From NCBI GenBank assembly GCA_913020445.1, contig CAJWAR010000002.1, positions 20,275 to 84,274 on the forward strand: a stretch of 64,000 nt of DNA, given 5' to 3'. The position numbers and the translations under genes were made by a program. The first letter of the stretch is position 1. Every line of letters begins with the position of its first letter. The notes beneath the pieces are model-generated. The model did not search any database and was not told the DNA's origin. It saw only the letters and a list, made by a program, of their open reading frames with translations. This document shows positions 1 through 11,522 of this stretch, piece after piece. The DNA comes from an uncultured Rhodospirillaceae bacterium (GTDB taxonomy: Bacteria; Pseudomonadota; Alphaproteobacteria; Rhodospirillales; UBA2165).

Positions 1-808
1 TACCACCACCAAGACCCGCACCACGATGGCGGCCGACGGCATCAAGCTCATCGATAAAGATAATGCAGGGAGCGTTCTTTTTGCCCTGTTCAAACATATC
101 GCGAACCCGGCTGGCGCCAACACCGACAAACATTTCAACAAAGTCAGAACCGGAAATGGTAAAGAACGGCACATTCGCTTCACCAGCAATCGCGCGCGCC
201 AACAAAGTTTTACCGGTGCCCGGAGGGCCAACCAGCAAGCAGCCTTTCGGAATTTTACCGCCGAGGCGTTGGAACTTGGCTGGATCTTTGAGAAAATCGA
301 CAATTTCCTCAAGTTCCTGCTTGGCTTCATCAATACCGGCAACATCTTCAAAAGTCACACGACCCGTTTTTTCGGTCAGTAGTTTCGCCTTTGATTTGCC
401 AAAGCCCATGGCTTTGCCGCCACCGCCTTGCATTTGCCGCATGAAGAAAATCCACACACCGATCAGCAACAGCATCGGGAACCAGGAGATCAGAATACCG
501 AATATCGATAGTTCATCTTCCATCGGGACGGCTTTTATATGAACGCCTTTTTTGCTCAGATTAGGGATCAGCGACGGGTCATCCGGCAGATAGGTACGGA
601 ACTCACGACCGTCACCATAATGGCCGGTTACTTTCTTGCCTTGAATGGTAACATCTCGCACATCGCCACTATCAACGGCGCCGATGAAATCGGAAAATGC
701 CAAGGATTGTTGCTGGCCTTTATTAGGTGAGCCTTGGAACATGTTAAACAGCGTAAAGATCAGCAACGCTATGATGACCCAAAGGGCCATATTTTTTCGG
801 AAATTCAA
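1..808 (-). CDS. ftsH: ATP-dependent zinc metalloprotease FtsH (5' part; runs off window start)
   Basis: Not in ORF track because it is open-ended. Manual minus-strand translation: TTG start [18 protein letters not shown]..., and Walker B region [20 protein letters not shown] at the window edge. Follows tilS as usual. Confidence 0.95.
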   Translation of the reverse strand, partial: MNFRKNMALWVIIALLIFTLFNMFQGSPNKGQQQSLAFSDFIGAVDSGDVRDVTIQGKKVTGHYGDGREFRTYLPDDPSLIPNLSKKGVHIKAVPMEDELSIFGILISWFPMLLLIGVWIFFMRQMQGGGGKAMGFGKSKAKLLTEKTGRVTFEDVAGIDEAKQELEEIVDFLKDPAKFQRLGGKIPKGCLLVGPPGTGKTLLARAIAGEANVPFFTISGSDFVEMFVGVGASRVRDMFEQGKKNAPCIIFIDELDAVGRHRGAGLGGG

Positions 809-946
809 CTTATTTCCCTTCCTTAATGAAACCGCCGCACGGTGATTTGTAAAAATGACACTCTAAATATAAGAGATAGTGCAAAATTCTCTAATCTCAA
901 GAGGTCTAAGAGAGTTCCCTACACGAATTATCGCCCTATTTCCAGG

Positions 947-2290
947 TTATTTGGAAAGATTCTTAATCGGCGAAATATTAAGGAACTCAGCCCTAACAAT
1001 ACGCAACCTGTTAATTTCTCTACCTTCTCGCCGAAAATTAAGATGTGGAACCTCAAAAACACCCTGTAGGTCAAACAATGCCGGCAACGTTAGACGTACC
1101 GGGTAAGGCAGGGAAATATCTTTAAGTTCCGGGCTTTTTTGCAATATTTCGGCCCAGCCTTTTTTACCCAGCGGAGCCAATAAAACGTCGTTTCCCCGGG
1201 TGCCACTGATTTCGATATCAAACAGATTATCCCAAACCAAGTTGGCACCCGAGCCGATTTGTTGGCTCGAAATCCCCCGCATTTCACGGCAGATCATAAT
1301 TTCGTTACTTTTTCCGGTAAAACGGCAGCCGCCGAGGGTGAAGCCCGGGAACTCACTTTTTTTGAGGTTCATTACGGCCCGCAACAATCGATCACGGCGC
1401 GGCGGATAGGTCTTGCCGCCAAAAACTTTCGTCAGCCGCACGAGAATACGCTCGATAATCGGCTCCGGCATTTGCCTGAAAACGTCACCCTGCACGACCG
1501 CGTAGCCTTCCGGAAAAATCTGTACAACTTGGTCAACAAATACCGAGACAATTTCGCCGGTAGAATTGCGGAGGTCCGAAAAGTGATCAACCAATGTACC
1601 AAAGCGACTGGCATCAAGACCTCTTTGCTCCAATGCATTGACGAGTTTTCGCATCTTGGTTCGCCGGTAGGCAGGATTTTGGTTCGAAGGGTCTTCCAGC
1701 CAGTTCTGATCCGAGGCGATAAGAGTTTCCCGCAAGCGATTTTTCGAGACCGCCAAAAGGGGCCGCAAAAGCTTGATCCCGCTCACTTCAGTTTCAGCAG
1801 CCATGCAGGCGAGGCCATCTACACCGCTGCCCCGTTCGGCCCGCAGCAAAAAGGTTTCGACCTGATCTTCAAGATGGTGCGCCGTCATGAGAGCGCTGAC
1901 ATTGTTGGTTTGGCACCAATCCGTCATTAATTGGTAACGTGCCTCGCGCGCTGCCGCCTGAATGCCTGATGCCGGTTTATCGCCCTGCCAGTGCAGAACA
2001 TGATGTTCAATACCGCAGGCGGCTAACCAGCCGGCCACCGTTTGAGTTTCTGCGGCGGCCTCCGAGCGCAAGCCATGATCCACCGTTAAGGCAACCATTT
2101 GGCAGCCCTGGGATTTCGCCCATTGGTCAGCCAGCAGACACAAGGCCATGCTATCCGCGCCGCCGGAGACGGCGACGGCAAACTGATCGTTTTTAGAAAT
2201 TAAGTCAGCAATAGGCGCAAGAAGATTGGCAAATTCTTGCGCAGAAATCGCGTTATTTAGACGCGGGCTATTTACAACCTGTGCGTCCAA
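947..2290 (-). CDS. tilS: tRNA(Ile)-lysidine synthetase
   Basis: PP-loop AVSGGADS, TVDHGLR, AAREARY, AHHLEDQVET, RPLL, EDPSN. Start uncertain: the ORF extends to 2365 inside cpoB, TTG at 2290 chosen. Confidence 0.93.
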   Translation of the reverse strand: MDAQVVNSPRLNNAISAQEFANLLAPIADLISKNDQFAVAVSGGADSMALCLLADQWAKSQGCQMVALTVDHGLRSEAAAETQTVAGWLAACGIEHHVLHWQGDKPASGIQAAAREARYQLMTDWCQTNNVSALMTAHHLEDQVETFLLRAERGSGVDGLACMAAETEVSGIKLLRPLLAVSKNRLRETLIASDQNWLEDPSNQNPAYRRTKMRKLVNALEQRGLDASRFGTLVDHFSDLRNSTGEIVSVFVDQVVQIFPEGYAVVQGDVFRQMPEPIIERILVRLTKVFGGKTYPPRRDRLLRAVMNLKKSEFPGFTLGGCRFTGKSNEIMICREMRGISSQQIGSGANLVWDNLFDIEISGTRGNDVLLAPLGKKGWAEILQKSPELKDISLPYPVRLTLPALFDLQGVFEVPHLNFRREGREINRLRIVRAEFLNISPIKNLSK

Positions 2291-3353
2291 TTTCCCGCTT
2301 GAGCTGCTTTTTAATGTTTGCTGAAGCATCCGGATAATCCTGGGCGAGCTTGCTGAAAGTTGCACAAGCGTCCGACTGTTTCTTCAAATTTGCCAGCGAC
2401 ATGCCGAGCATTAATAATGTATCTGGCGCTTTTGGGCCTTTAGGTGCTTGTTGAAAACCCCGCAAAAAAGCTTCAGCGGCATCCCGGTAATTGGTCCGCA
2501 CATAATGGGTCTTACCGAGCCAATAGCGGGCGTTAGGCGTTAGCTTGTCTTGGGGATGTTTTTCAATAAATTCCCGCAGCGCCAATTCCGCGTTATCGTA
2601 ATCCGCTTTGCGCAATATGGAAAAGGCGAATTTGTACTGAGAATTTGGCGTACCTTCAGGCAGAATGGATTTTTTTACCGGAGCCGGTTGTTGCTGCGGC
2701 AACGCGGCTTGCGTCGTCTGCCCCTGCTGCAAAGTTTTTGCATCTCTTTGCACCGAGCTTAGATCGGTTTCACTGATTTTACCGAGTGTACTGGGCTTGC
2801 CGGAAGTCACCACCGGGCCACCCGTTGTCGGACCGATTTGCTGAACCCCTGCTGCCCGCGGTACAGCAGAAACTGTTGGCGGACCGAGCGGCCGCTGAAG
2901 TTGCCCACCTGCCCCAGCTTGGCCGGGCCGAACAGCCCCGCTTTCGAGACGCGTCAGACGGAAATCAATGTCAACGACCAGCTTATCGAGCCGCGCCTTC
3001 ATTTGATCCATATTGTGGTTCATACTTTCGATGGTATTGGTGGTATTTTGTAGTTCGCCTTCAAGCTGGGCCAATCGCTCTTCCAGGCGAATAATATAGG
3101 CTTTGCTGCTGGCCGGCGTTGCGGCCGGCTGAGGAGTGCCAGGCTTGGCACCTGATGAAACAGATTTTGGTGGCGTGCCACCCTTATAGACTTGGCGGTT
3201 GAGCGTTTGAATATCGCGTTCCAAACGGTTCAGCTTGGCGACCAATCCTTCGAGGCTTTTATCTTGTGCCTGCACATCTGAGGCGCCAGCGGTAAACACG
3301 GCAATCATAATTGCCGCTGTTACGAGTCTGAAGTTTGGAATAATTCTTGTCAT
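2268..3353 (-). CDS. cpoB: Tol-Pal-associated TPR protein CpoB/YbgF
   Basis: Signal peptide, coiled coil, C-terminal TPRs (NARYWLGK, KAPDTLLMLG). Immediately downstream of pal. Confidence 0.92.
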   Translation of the reverse strand: MTRIIPNFRLVTAAIMIAVFTAGASDVQAQDKSLEGLVAKLNRLERDIQTLNRQVYKGGTPPKSVSSGAKPGTPQPAATPASSKAYIIRLEERLAQLEGELQNTTNTIESMNHNMDQMKARLDKLVVDIDFRLTRLESGAVRPGQAGAGGQLQRPLGPPTVSAVPRAAGVQQIGPTTGGPVVTSGKPSTLGKISETDLSSVQRDAKTLQQGQTTQAALPQQQPAPVKKSILPEGTPNSQYKFAFSILRKADYDNAELALREFIEKHPQDKLTPNARYWLGKTHYVRTNYRDAAEAFLRGFQQAPKGPKAPDTLLMLGMSLANLKKQSDACATFSKLAQDYPDASANIKKQLKREIGRTGCK

Positions 3354-3493
3354 ATTTGTTAACGCTCTTCGTTAATGTCTGCTTATTCAAAAATGGTGAT
3401 AATTTTTAATAGGCGATTATAGCGCATATTGGCTAGTAAAATTGGCTAAATAATGGCGAGATTTAGATCGCCCGTAGTAATTGGCCTAAACGG

Positions 3494-3538
3494 CAAGACG
3501 CCCGCCGCCCCGAATAACCCGGGATGGCAGGCGTCTTG
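3494..3538 (-). terminator. GC-rich hairpin between pal and cpoB (terminator or mRNA-stabilising stem)
   Basis: CAAGACGCC...GGCGTCTTG inverted repeat, extended by G-U pairs on the minus strand. U-tract is weak. Confidence 0.5.
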
Positions 3539-3559
3539 AAACGCTTCGATCAGTATTGG

Positions 3560-4087
3560 TTAGCTACCAGCGCCCGATACAGTGGTTACACCACGACGGT
3601 TCTGTGACCATGACGATTCATCATGGCCCAAAGCAACGGGGCGTTCTTTACCGTAAGAAATCGTTTTAACGCGATTTGGGCTGATACCTAAAGCAACCAA
3701 AAAGTCTTTCGCTGAATTGGCGCGGCGTTCGCCGAGCGCTAAGTTGTATTCACGTGTGCCGCGTTCATCGGCATGACCTTCGATGGTAACTTTGACGCTG
3801 CCATATTTTTTAAGCCAGGCAGCCTGTTTTTCCAAAGTGGCGCGCGCAGCGGAGCTAAGATTGGATTTGTCGAGGGCATAGAAAACACGATCGCCAACGT
3901 TAACAACCAAATCTTGTGATGAACCAGGCGTAATCGAGAAACCTTTGGGTGGGCCTTTTCTCTTGCCTTTTTTCTTCGCTACCTGTTTGCCATCGCCGGA
4001 GCCTTTGCCCGATTCCGTTGACGTAGACTCACAAGCCGCAACAAGGAAAAGCGCTGCAATCACAACTGCTAAATTTCTAAATTTCAT
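3560..4087 (-). CDS. pal: Peptidoglycan-associated lipoprotein Pal
   Basis: Lipobox LVAAC; IEGHADERGTREYNLALGERRA; SYGKERP; NRR. Confidence 0.97.
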   Translation of the reverse strand: MKFRNLAVVIAALFLVAACESTSTESGKGSGDGKQVAKKKGKRKGPPKGFSITPGSSQDLVVNVGDRVFYALDKSNLSSAARATLEKQAAWLKKYGSVKVTIEGHADERGTREYNLALGERRANSAKDFLVALGISPNRVKTISYGKERPVALGHDESSWSQNRRGVTTVSGAGS

Positions 4088-4250
4088 TTTTTTGGTACCC
4101 CTGATCGGAACATTTGTTAAAAAAACCGCAAACCGCGACCTTTCGCGTCCTGCACTAAGTCACTGTTTAGCACAATCGTCACAAATTACGACACAAAAAT
4201 GCATCAAATGACTGAAAAATCATTGACTTATAGACTATAAGCAACCGCAA

Positions 4251-5585
4251 CTATGGAATCAAGGGGGACCATGCAGGATCAGATGCATCCATTGGTGTTA
4301 CCATTTCACGCTCATTGTGCCCCGTTAGATCAATCGAAAAGAGTTTAGATACTTTACCACCTTTTTTACTAATAGGTGTTTCCCTAAAATACATGATGAC
4401 GCGGCCATTCGGCGCCCAAGTTGGTGATTCGACCAAAAAACCTTCGGCTAACAGGCGTTCCCCTTTGCCATCGATATCCATCACGCCAATAAAAAACTTG
4501 CCGCCGGTTATTTTGGTAAAGGCGATGAGATCTCCACGCGGCGACCATACTGGCGTCGCATAACGGCCACGCCCAAAACTAATTCGTTTGGCCCGCCCGC
4601 CATTGGCACCCATGACATAAAGCTGCTGAGTACCGCTGCGGTCCGAGTTAAAGACGACCCGTTTGCCATCCGGTGAATAATGCGGCGAGGTATCAATAGC
4701 CGAATGCTTGGTCAGGCGCTTCACGGCGCGAGTGCGTAAATCCATCGTATAGATTTCAGTATTACCGTCCTTCGCCATGCTCATGATGACCTTATTGCCA
4801 TCCGGCGAAAAGCGCGGCGCAAACGTCATGCCCGGAAAATCACCGAGTAATTCCTGACGCCCCGAATCAATATTAAAGATGTAAACCCTCGGCACATTGC
4901 CATGATAGGACATATAGGTAATTTCCTGGCGGCTCGGCGAGAAGCGCGGCGTTAGGACAAGCGCGCTGCCATCGGTTAAAAAGTGATGATTCTCGCCGTC
5001 CTGATCCATAATGGCGAGGCGCTTGATACGCCGGTCGCCACGTCCGGTTTCAGCAATATAGACAACGCGGGTATCGAAATAGCCATCTTCGCCGGTCACC
5101 CGTTTATATATTGAGTCGGCAATAATATGCGCAATGCGACGCCAGTTCTCAGCGACTGTCGAATAGACACGTCCCACCATCTGCTGCTCGGCAAAGACGT
5201 CCCATAGGCGAAATTGAACTTTTAATTTATTGCCGCCTTCAAGTTGCACCATACCTTGCGACAAAGCTTGCGCTTTTAAGACCCGCCAATTGCCGAATTT
5301 AGGCACAGTATCAAGCGAGCGCTCAACATCGATAAAAGCTTTGGAATCGATCGCCGCAAAAAGCCCGGAGCGCACCAGATCAGCCTTAATTACATTAGCT
5401 ATATTACGGCCGATGTTTTGCTCCTTGGCGGAGGCGCCCAATAAATCTGTCACCGCCAACGGGATCGGCTTAACTACACCACGTGTGATATCGACCCGCA
5501 ATTCGGCGTGTGCTGGCAGGGTTGCCATCAGCAGTAACAGCGCTGCAAAAAGAATACGCCCGATATGATGATTTATTTTGATCAT
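4251..5585 (-). CDS. tolB: Tol-Pal beta-propeller protein TolB
   Basis: Signal peptide from ATG 5585; PD40 repeats (PRFSPDG, PVWSPRG, PAWSP); position in the tol operon. Confidence 0.96.
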   Translation of the reverse strand: MIKINHHIGRILFAALLLLMATLPAHAELRVDITRGVVKPIPLAVTDLLGASAKEQNIGRNIANVIKADLVRSGLFAAIDSKAFIDVERSLDTVPKFGNWRVLKAQALSQGMVQLEGGNKLKVQFRLWDVFAEQQMVGRVYSTVAENWRRIAHIIADSIYKRVTGEDGYFDTRVVYIAETGRGDRRIKRLAIMDQDGENHHFLTDGSALVLTPRFSPSRQEITYMSYHGNVPRVYIFNIDSGRQELLGDFPGMTFAPRFSPDGNKVIMSMAKDGNTEIYTMDLRTRAVKRLTKHSAIDTSPHYSPDGKRVVFNSDRSGTQQLYVMGANGGRAKRISFGRGRYATPVWSPRGDLIAFTKITGGKFFIGVMDIDGKGERLLAEGFLVESPTWAPNGRVIMYFRETPISKKGGKVSKLFSIDLTGHNEREMVTPMDASDPAWSPLIP

Positions 5586-5647
5586 AACCCCGCCCGGATT
5601 TTTGCCCAGTATAGCTTGGGTCTTTGATTTATACGAAATCATTCTAT

Positions 5648-6592
5648 TTATCTACCTAACATTTCTCTGGGATTAAATGTAAGAGTCATAATCTTCCAAT
5701 TCTCATAACTTTTCACGGGCAAACTCCAGGGTTGGCATTCCTCATCTAGCACTGCCCTTAAAGCACTCTCCCCCGAGACGGTTCCAAACTCATTTAGTTT
5801 TAAAGTACCCCAATTGTTAACATTTGCATGTTGAACAATTCCTCCGCGACTGAGTGACACTTTAATCTCTACATTTATGTTGTGAGCATTTTTTGCACCA
5901 GCCGGAACAATCCAACATGGTTTTACAGCGTTGCGAACAATATTGATCATCGCATGTTTTTCGCTCATCGATATCTTTCTATCCGGATTGAATTCGGTCG
6001 GCTTGCGCGTCAAAGACTTGGAAAGCCGCGCCATCAAATCCTCTTCGGCTTTGGTCTTTTTCTTCGCTTTCTCTTTTTTCTTCGGCGTTGGTTTTTCCAA
6101 GGTTTTTTCTAAGTTTTTCAAAACCATGGCAAAGCGATCCGGCGGCTTTGGTTTGCGGCGCGGTTTCGCCTTCACCAAGCTTGGTGACGCTTTAGGCTTG
6201 GGCTTCGCTTTGGGTTTAGGCTCAGGCTTCGGTTTTGCCTCAACTTTGGGTTTGGGCTTCGGCTTGGCTTTCGGCTTAGGCTCTGGTGGTGGCGGCACAA
6301 CGGCAACCTCCGGCTCTTTGGCAGGAGGCGGCGGAGCTGGCGGTGGTGGTGGCGCTTTTTTTACTTTTGGTGCCGGCGGCGGCTTCGGTGGTTTCTTTTC
6401 TACCTTCTTCTCTGGTTTTTTGGGTGGCTCAGGCGCGGATGGTAAATTCGTCAGCGCTGCGATCGGCACAATTTCGACAACCATCGGAATATCTTGCAGC
6501 ACCGGTGGCTTGCGGATTACCGGCAGCCCATAAACGCCGAGCACCATCACAACAGCATGCAAAATTGTCGAAAGCAAAACACTTGAGCGCAT
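5648..6592 (-). CDS. tolA: TolA-like energy transducer
   Basis: N-terminal TM with SxxxH (STILH), Pro/Lys-rich linker, C-terminal domain (ESALRAV, FNPREM). Lies between tolR and tolB. Confidence 0.88.
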   Translation of the reverse strand: MRSSVLLSTILHAVVMVLGVYGLPVIRKPPVLQDIPMVVEIVPIAALTNLPSAPEPPKKPEKKVEKKPPKPPPAPKVKKAPPPPPAPPPPAKEPEVAVVPPPPEPKPKAKPKPKPKVEAKPKPEPKPKAKPKPKASPSLVKAKPRRKPKPPDRFAMVLKNLEKTLEKPTPKKKEKAKKKTKAEEDLMARLSKSLTRKPTEFNPDRKISMSEKHAMINIVRNAVKPCWIVPAGAKNAHNINVEIKVSLSRGGIVQHANVNNWGTLKLNEFGTVSGESALRAVLDEECQPWSLPVKSYENWKIMTLTFNPREMLGR

Positions 6593-6597
6593 CTAAA

Positions 6598-7110
6598 TTA
6601 TTTCTTCCCAGTTTTATTTTTTGGCTTTTTTTGAAGTTTTTTACCGGAAGTTTTTTTAGCGCCGGAATGTGGCATTTCCGTGATCAAGGCGACTTTATTG
6701 AAACCGGCGGCATTGAGTGTCCCCATTACCTCCATCACGCGGCCATATTCGATTGCTTTGTCGCCGCGGACAAAAATGCGGACATCGGGATTGGCACCGG
6801 TGATGGCGATAAGTCTTGGCGCCAGTACGGATAATTCAATTTCTTTATCCTGCAGAAATATCTGACCGCTGGCGCTGACCGTGACAGCGAGCGGCTCAAC
6901 TTGATCCTGAATAAGGCCGGCTTGGGTTTTCGGCAGATCAACCTGCACGCCAACAGTCAGCAACGGCGCCGTCACCATAAAGACAACAAGCAGCACCAAC
7001 ATGACATCGACCATTGGTGTGACGTTAATTTCGGACATCGGTCGCGTATGTTCACGCCGCCGCCGACCGCCCCGGCCACCACTGCTGCCTCTGACAATCG
7101 CCGCCGCCAT
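6598..7110 (-). CDS. tolR: TolR
   Basis: EINVTPMVDVMLVLLVVFMVTAP; RGDK..YG.VM.VM. Confidence 0.95.
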   Translation of the reverse strand: MAAAIVRGSSGGRGGRRRREHTRPMSEINVTPMVDVMLVLLVVFMVTAPLLTVGVQVDLPKTQAGLIQDQVEPLAVTVSASGQIFLQDKEIELSVLAPRLIAITGANPDVRIFVRGDKAIEYGRVMEVMGTLNAAGFNKVALITEMPHSGAKKTSGKKLQKKPKNKTGKK

Positions 7111-7112
7111 GG

Positions 7113-7838
7113 CTATTCGCGCCCTTCCATCTGACGGGACACAATGGCGGAAAATTCATTGGCAAAATCATCCAGCCGGGCCGCATAGCGATCCATATCT
7201 TTGGAAATTTTATTGTAAGCGATCACTGCCGGGATCGCGGCAACGAGGCCAAGTGCGGTGGCAAACAATGCTTCGGCGATACCAGGGGCGACAATTGCAA
7301 GACTGGTATTTTTAGTAATCGAGATCGCCTGAAAACTGTTCATGATCCCCCAGACCGTGCCAAACAAACCAACAAACGGTGCCGTTGAGCCGGTCGACGC
7401 CAAAATCGTCATCTGCCGTTCAACTCGTTCGATCTCCCGGTTAACCGTCACATCCATCACCCGGTGAATGCGTTCCATCAGGCTTGAGCCATTGTCGCGG
7501 CCAGAGCCGGCTTCGTTTGAGCGCCGCCACTCCCGCATCGCCGCAGCAAAGACCGCCGACATCGGATCACGCGGCTGCGCCCCGATCCGGTCATAAAGCG
7601 CATCGAGTGAACCGCCTGACCAAAAGCTATCTTCAAACTCAGCCGCTGCCGTGTTTAGTTTTCTTAAGCGCAGTGTTTTCTCAATGATGATCGCCCAACA
7701 CCAGACCGAGGCCACAAACAGAAATATCATCACCGCTTTAACGATAATGTCAGCCTTCAGAAATAAGGCCCACACCGAGAAGTCAGTTACTGCGACCGCC
7801 CCCGCCAATTGCGCGGCTTCTACCGCATTGCCTTCCAT
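7113..7838 (-). CDS. tolQ: TolQ
   Basis: APFVGLFGTVWGIMNSF; VAPGIAEALFATALGL. Confidence 0.96.
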   Translation of the reverse strand: MEGNAVEAAQLAGAVAVTDFSVWALFLKADIIVKAVMIFLFVASVWCWAIIIEKTLRLRKLNTAAAEFEDSFWSGGSLDALYDRIGAQPRDPMSAVFAAAMREWRRSNEAGSGRDNGSSLMERIHRVMDVTVNREIERVERQMTILASTGSTAPFVGLFGTVWGIMNSFQAISITKNTSLAIVAPGIAEALFATALGLVAAIPAVIAYNKISKDMDRYAARLDDFANEFSAIVSRQMEGRE

Positions 7839-7840
7839 CT

Positions 7841-8296
7841 TTAATCCTCACTTTTCGAAATTATTAAATCGGCCATCGCTGTGCGGACCCCCTCCGGGAT
7901 GCGGGCAGCGCCGCCGTCAAAATTCATGCAGGCGAGTTTTACCTCCATAATCACTAAGGCTTCGTTAGCTCTTGTCACGGATTGCCGCATTTGAATGCTG
8001 GCCCCGCGCACCGCTAATATTTCGGTTTCAACCTCGAGCAAATCATCAAGCTGCGCCGGCTTCAGATATTCTGCATTGCACGTTCGAACCACAAAGCCGA
8101 CGCCGTATTTTTCCTTGGTATCCTGATGTTCTGACCCAATCTCACGCAAAAACTCGGTGCGGGCGCGCTCGGCATAATTCAAATAATTGGCGTAATAGAC
8201 GACGCCACCGGAATCGGTATCTTCATAATAAACCCGGATTGGCAGCCGGTGCTTACCATCCAATATCGACGACGCTGAAGGATCGATCTTATTCAT
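7841..8296 (-). CDS. ybgC: Tol-Pal-associated acyl-CoA thioesterase
   Basis: [19 protein letters not shown] hot-dog-fold motif. Start ATG 8296 overlaps the end of ruvB. Confidence 0.92.
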   Translation of the reverse strand: MNKIDPSASSILDGKHRLPIRVYYEDTDSGGVVYYANYLNYAERARTEFLREIGSEHQDTKEKYGVGFVVRTCNAEYLKPAQLDDLLEVETEILAVRGASIQMRQSVTRANEALVIMEVKLACMNFDGGAARIPEGVRTAMADLIISKSED

Positions 8297-9335
8297 CTTC
8301 GCTCTCGTCCTGGGCCAGCAATTCCAGCTGTTTGAGATTCTTCGGCGCGGCAATACCGAGATGACGATAGGCACCCGCTGCCAAAACCCGCCCTCGCGGT
8401 GTGCGCATCAGTAAACCCTGCTGGATCATGTAGGGTTCAATCACCTCTTCAATGGTGTCCCGCTCCTCGGAGAGTGCTGCCGACAAGGTCTCTGCGCCAA
8501 CCGGGCCGCCGCCATAATTGTCGGCGATACATTTAAGATACCGCCGGTCCATTGCATCCAGCCCCATCACGTCAACATCCAGGCGGTTAAGCGCGGCATC
8601 GGCGATCTTGGCGTCAACGGTGGTATTGCCTTCAACGGTGGCGAAATCTCTTACCCGTCTGAGCAGCCGGCCCGCTACCCGAGGCGTACCTCGTGAGCGC
8701 TTGGCGATTTCCGCCGCGCCGTCATCGGTGAGATCAAAATCCAGGATGCGTGCGTTGCGGCTGATGATGCCTTGCAATTCGTCGACGTCATAAAAAGATA
8801 AGCGTAGCGGGATACCAAAGCGATCGCGGAGCGGCGTCGTGATCAGGCCGGACCGGGTCGTCGCCCCTACCAATGTAAAGGGTTGCAGATCGATGCGCAC
8901 CGAACGCGCCGCCGGGCCTTCGCCGATCACCAGATCAAGCTGGAAGTCTTCGACGGCGGGATAAAGAATTTCTTCAACTGCCGGGCTGAGGCGATGAATT
9001 TCATCAATGAATAAGACGTCCCGGGCTTCAAGATTGGTGAGGATGGCGGCAAGATCACCTGCTTTTGCGATCACCGGCCCGGAGGTCGCCCGGAAACCTA
9101 CCCCCAATTCACGGGACACAATTTGTGCGAGCGTCGTTTTACCAAGTCCCGGAGGGCCAAACAGCAACACATGGTCCATCGCTTCACTGCGACCCCGCGC
9201 GGCTTCAACAAAAACCCGAAGATTGTCACAGACCGAGCGCTGGCCGACAAATTCATCGAGAGTTTGCGGGCGCGTTTGGGTATCGCCAGCATCATCCATA
9301 TTCGTATCCGGATTAATTAAGCGCTCTTCATCCAT
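8289..9335 (-). CDS. ruvB: Holliday junction branch migration helicase RuvB
   Basis: [42 protein letters not shown]. Confidence 0.98.
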   Translation of the reverse strand: MDEERLINPDTNMDDAGDTQTRPQTLDEFVGQRSVCDNLRVFVEAARGRSEAMDHVLLFGPPGLGKTTLAQIVSRELGVGFRATSGPVIAKAGDLAAILTNLEARDVLFIDEIHRLSPAVEEILYPAVEDFQLDLVIGEGPAARSVRIDLQPFTLVGATTRSGLITTPLRDRFGIPLRLSFYDVDELQGIISRNARILDFDLTDDGAAEIAKRSRGTPRVAGRLLRRVRDFATVEGNTTVDAKIADAALNRLDVDVMGLDAMDRRYLKCIADNYGGGPVGAETLSAALSEERDTIEEVIEPYMIQQGLLMRTPRGRVLAAGAYRHLGIAAPKNLKQLELLAQDESEDE

Positions 9336-9951
9336 GGGCACTTAACTCCGACAAGCCGTCTTTGATCAAAACTTCAACCGAAGCATCAGTGCCCAATTTA
9401 GCCGCGGCCTGATGCACCACCCGGAAGGCATCCGAGCGGCCATAGCCGAGATTAACGAGTGCTGAAACAGCATCATTGGCAAATGGATTGCCACCTTCCG
9501 CTACCGCCACCTCACCTTCCAGGGTTGCTGTCGTTGATCCGAGCGCGATACCGCCGACTTTATCTTTAAGCTCGCTTAAAATCCGGGTCGCCAATTTGGG
9601 CCCAACGCCGGGTGCTTGGGTCACGGCTGCTTTGTCCTGCGCGGCAATCGCCTGGACTAGATGATCGGGCGACAAGACAGATAGAATAGCAAGGCAAACC
9701 TTGGCGCCGACGCCTTGAACCGTTGTCAGCAATTTAAACCAGGCGCGCTCAGCCTCATCGGCAAAGCCATAAAGATGAATATGATCTTCCCGCACATGCG
9801 TTTCGATCATCACCGAAACCGTGCCGGTTGCGGCTGTCAGCATGTTGAGGGTGCGATTGGAGCAAAAAACCGCATAGCCTACTCCGTTCACATCAATGAT
9901 GACGTAATCCTCGCCGGTGGAATCAACCAGACCTGTCAGCTTGGCAATCAC
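9328..9951 (-). CDS. ruvA: Holliday junction DNA-binding protein RuvA
   Basis: MIAKLTG, VNGVGY, VRED..LYGF, HhH motifs (GVGAK, GVGPK), ALVNLGY. Confidence 0.97.
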   Translation of the reverse strand: MIAKLTGLVDSTGEDYVIIDVNGVGYAVFCSNRTLNMLTAATGTVSVMIETHVREDHIHLYGFADEAERAWFKLLTTVQGVGAKVCLAILSVLSPDHLVQAIAAQDKAAVTQAPGVGPKLATRILSELKDKVGGIALGSTTATLEGEVAVAEGGNPFANDAVSALVNLGYGRSDAFRVVHQAAAKLGTDASVEVLIKDGLSELSAHG

Positions 9952-10454
9952 TTGCCGGCCTCCATTAATTCAGCTTGATAAGCAGCCGAGCCCCGGTGAT
10001 GGGCATGACAAATCGCGATTGCCAAGGCATCAGCCGAATCCGCGGACTGAAAATCACAGCCTGGCAACAGGGTGTTGATCATCATTTGAACTTGTTCCTT
10101 CGCCGCATGCCCCGACCCGACGAGTGATTTCTTGACGAGATTCGGTGAATACTCCGCCACCGGTAGACCAAATTTTGATGGCACAAATAAGGCAATGCCA
10201 CGCGCTTGCCCCAATTTCAGGGTTGAAGCTGCATTGACGTTGACGAAAGTCTCCTCGACGGCAACTTCTGCAGGGTGAAAATCTTCGAGAATTTGGACCA
10301 GACCATCGTGCAATTGGACAAGGCGTTCGGCGAGACTGAGCGATGCATCACTTTTAACGACGCCGTCGCCAACATAAGCCAAACGGTTGCCGTCAGACTC
10401 AATGATGCCCCAACCCGTATTACGCAATCCTGGATCGATGCCGAGTAACCTCAT
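9948..10454 (-). CDS. ruvC: Holliday junction resolvase RuvC
   Basis: [33 protein letters not shown]. Confidence 0.97.
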   Translation of the reverse strand: MRLLGIDPGLRNTGWGIIESDGNRLAYVGDGVVKSDASLSLAERLVQLHDGLVQILEDFHPAEVAVEETFVNVNAASTLKLGQARGIALFVPSKFGLPVAEYSPNLVKKSLVGSGHAAKEQVQMMINTLLPGCDFQSADSADALAIAICHAHHRGSAAYQAELMEAGK

Positions 10455-10522
10455 AATCCCCAACATTCCCTATAATTCTAGTATCCCAGGATAATAAACA
10501 CTTGTTAATTAAGCCCTAAATA

Positions 10523-11272
10523 TTAGGCGCTCAATTTGGCCATCACCTCTTCTGACATTTCAAAGTTAGCCGATACGCGCTGGACGTCGTCATTGTCTTC
10601 CAACGCTTCGAAAAGACGCATAATTGTTTCGGCTTCTTTGTCACTGACCTCAACCGTATTTTGCGGCCGCCAATCGAGCTGTGCCGATTCCGGATCACCG
10701 AGTGCCTCCGCCAAGGCTTCGCTGACCGTGTGAAAATCATCCGGCTGGCAAAAGATATTATGACCGGACTCATTGCTTTCGACATCTTCGGCGCCGGCCT
10801 CGAGAGCGGCTTCAAATACGTCATCTAGTGAGCCGGTTTCAGCCGCGTAATGGATTGCGCCCATGCGATCAAACATAAAGCTCACCGCACCTGTTTCCGC
10901 CAAATTGCCGCCATTTTTTGAGAACGCCGTCCGCACGTCGGATGCTGTACGATTGCGGTTGTCGGTCAAGGCCTCGACAATGACCGCGATGCCGCCCGGG
11001 CCATAGCCCTCATAGCGCACCTCATCATAAACTTCGCTCTCATCGCCTCCGGCGACTTTTTTAATCGCTCGTTCAATATTGTCTTTCGGCATATTCGCTG
11101 CCCGGCACGCTATAATCGCTGAGCGCAACCTTGGATTAGCGTCCGGATCAGGCAGGCCTGATTTCGCTGCGACAGTAACCTCGCGGATGAGCTTGGCAAA
11201 AATCTTGGCACGCTTTTTATCCTGCGCGCCTTTACGATGCATAATATTTGAAAACTGGGAATGACCGGCCAT
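10523..11272 (-). CDS. yebC: YebC/PmpR family protein
   Basis: [35 protein letters not shown]. Confidence 0.96.
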   Translation of the reverse strand: MAGHSQFSNIMHRKGAQDKKRAKIFAKLIREVTVAAKSGLPDPDANPRLRSAIIACRAANMPKDNIERAIKKVAGGDESEVYDEVRYEGYGPGGIAVIVEALTDNRNRTASDVRTAFSKNGGNLAETGAVSFMFDRMGAIHYAAETGSLDDVFEAALEAGAEDVESNESGHNIFCQPDDFHTVSEALAEALGDPESAQLDWRPQNTVEVSDKEAETIMRLFEALEDNDDVQRVSANFEMSEEVMAKLSA

Positions 11273-11522
11273 GTGTCGTTTCTTTTATATTAGTTGATCA
11301 GAAGGCTTTCATTACCACACTTATTTCAACTGCGCACCCCTAACTATAGTGACTTTTCAACATCAATTTGGCGAGTAGTTAGAGAGCTTTTTCAACGATC
11401 AATAGTTTTCTCACGAGATTGAGAGAAAAAGGTGAGTTTAAGTAGCGCTCAGTTGATTGGAATGTGATCGATCTAAGTTCCAACTAAAAGGCACCCCAAG
11501 CTATCTCAGGAGATATTTTAAA

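Noticed and set aside
26..1106. + strand ORFs over ftsH and tilS, and similar antisense ORFs throughout (e.g. 5931..6533, 22003..22608, 32853..33563, 55624..56298)
   Set aside because: Shadow frames opposite well-conserved genes, with no recognisable motifs.
3428..3486. ATTGGC(T) direct repeats upstream of cpoB
   Set aside because: Short and irregularly spaced; cannot be distinguished from chance by eye.
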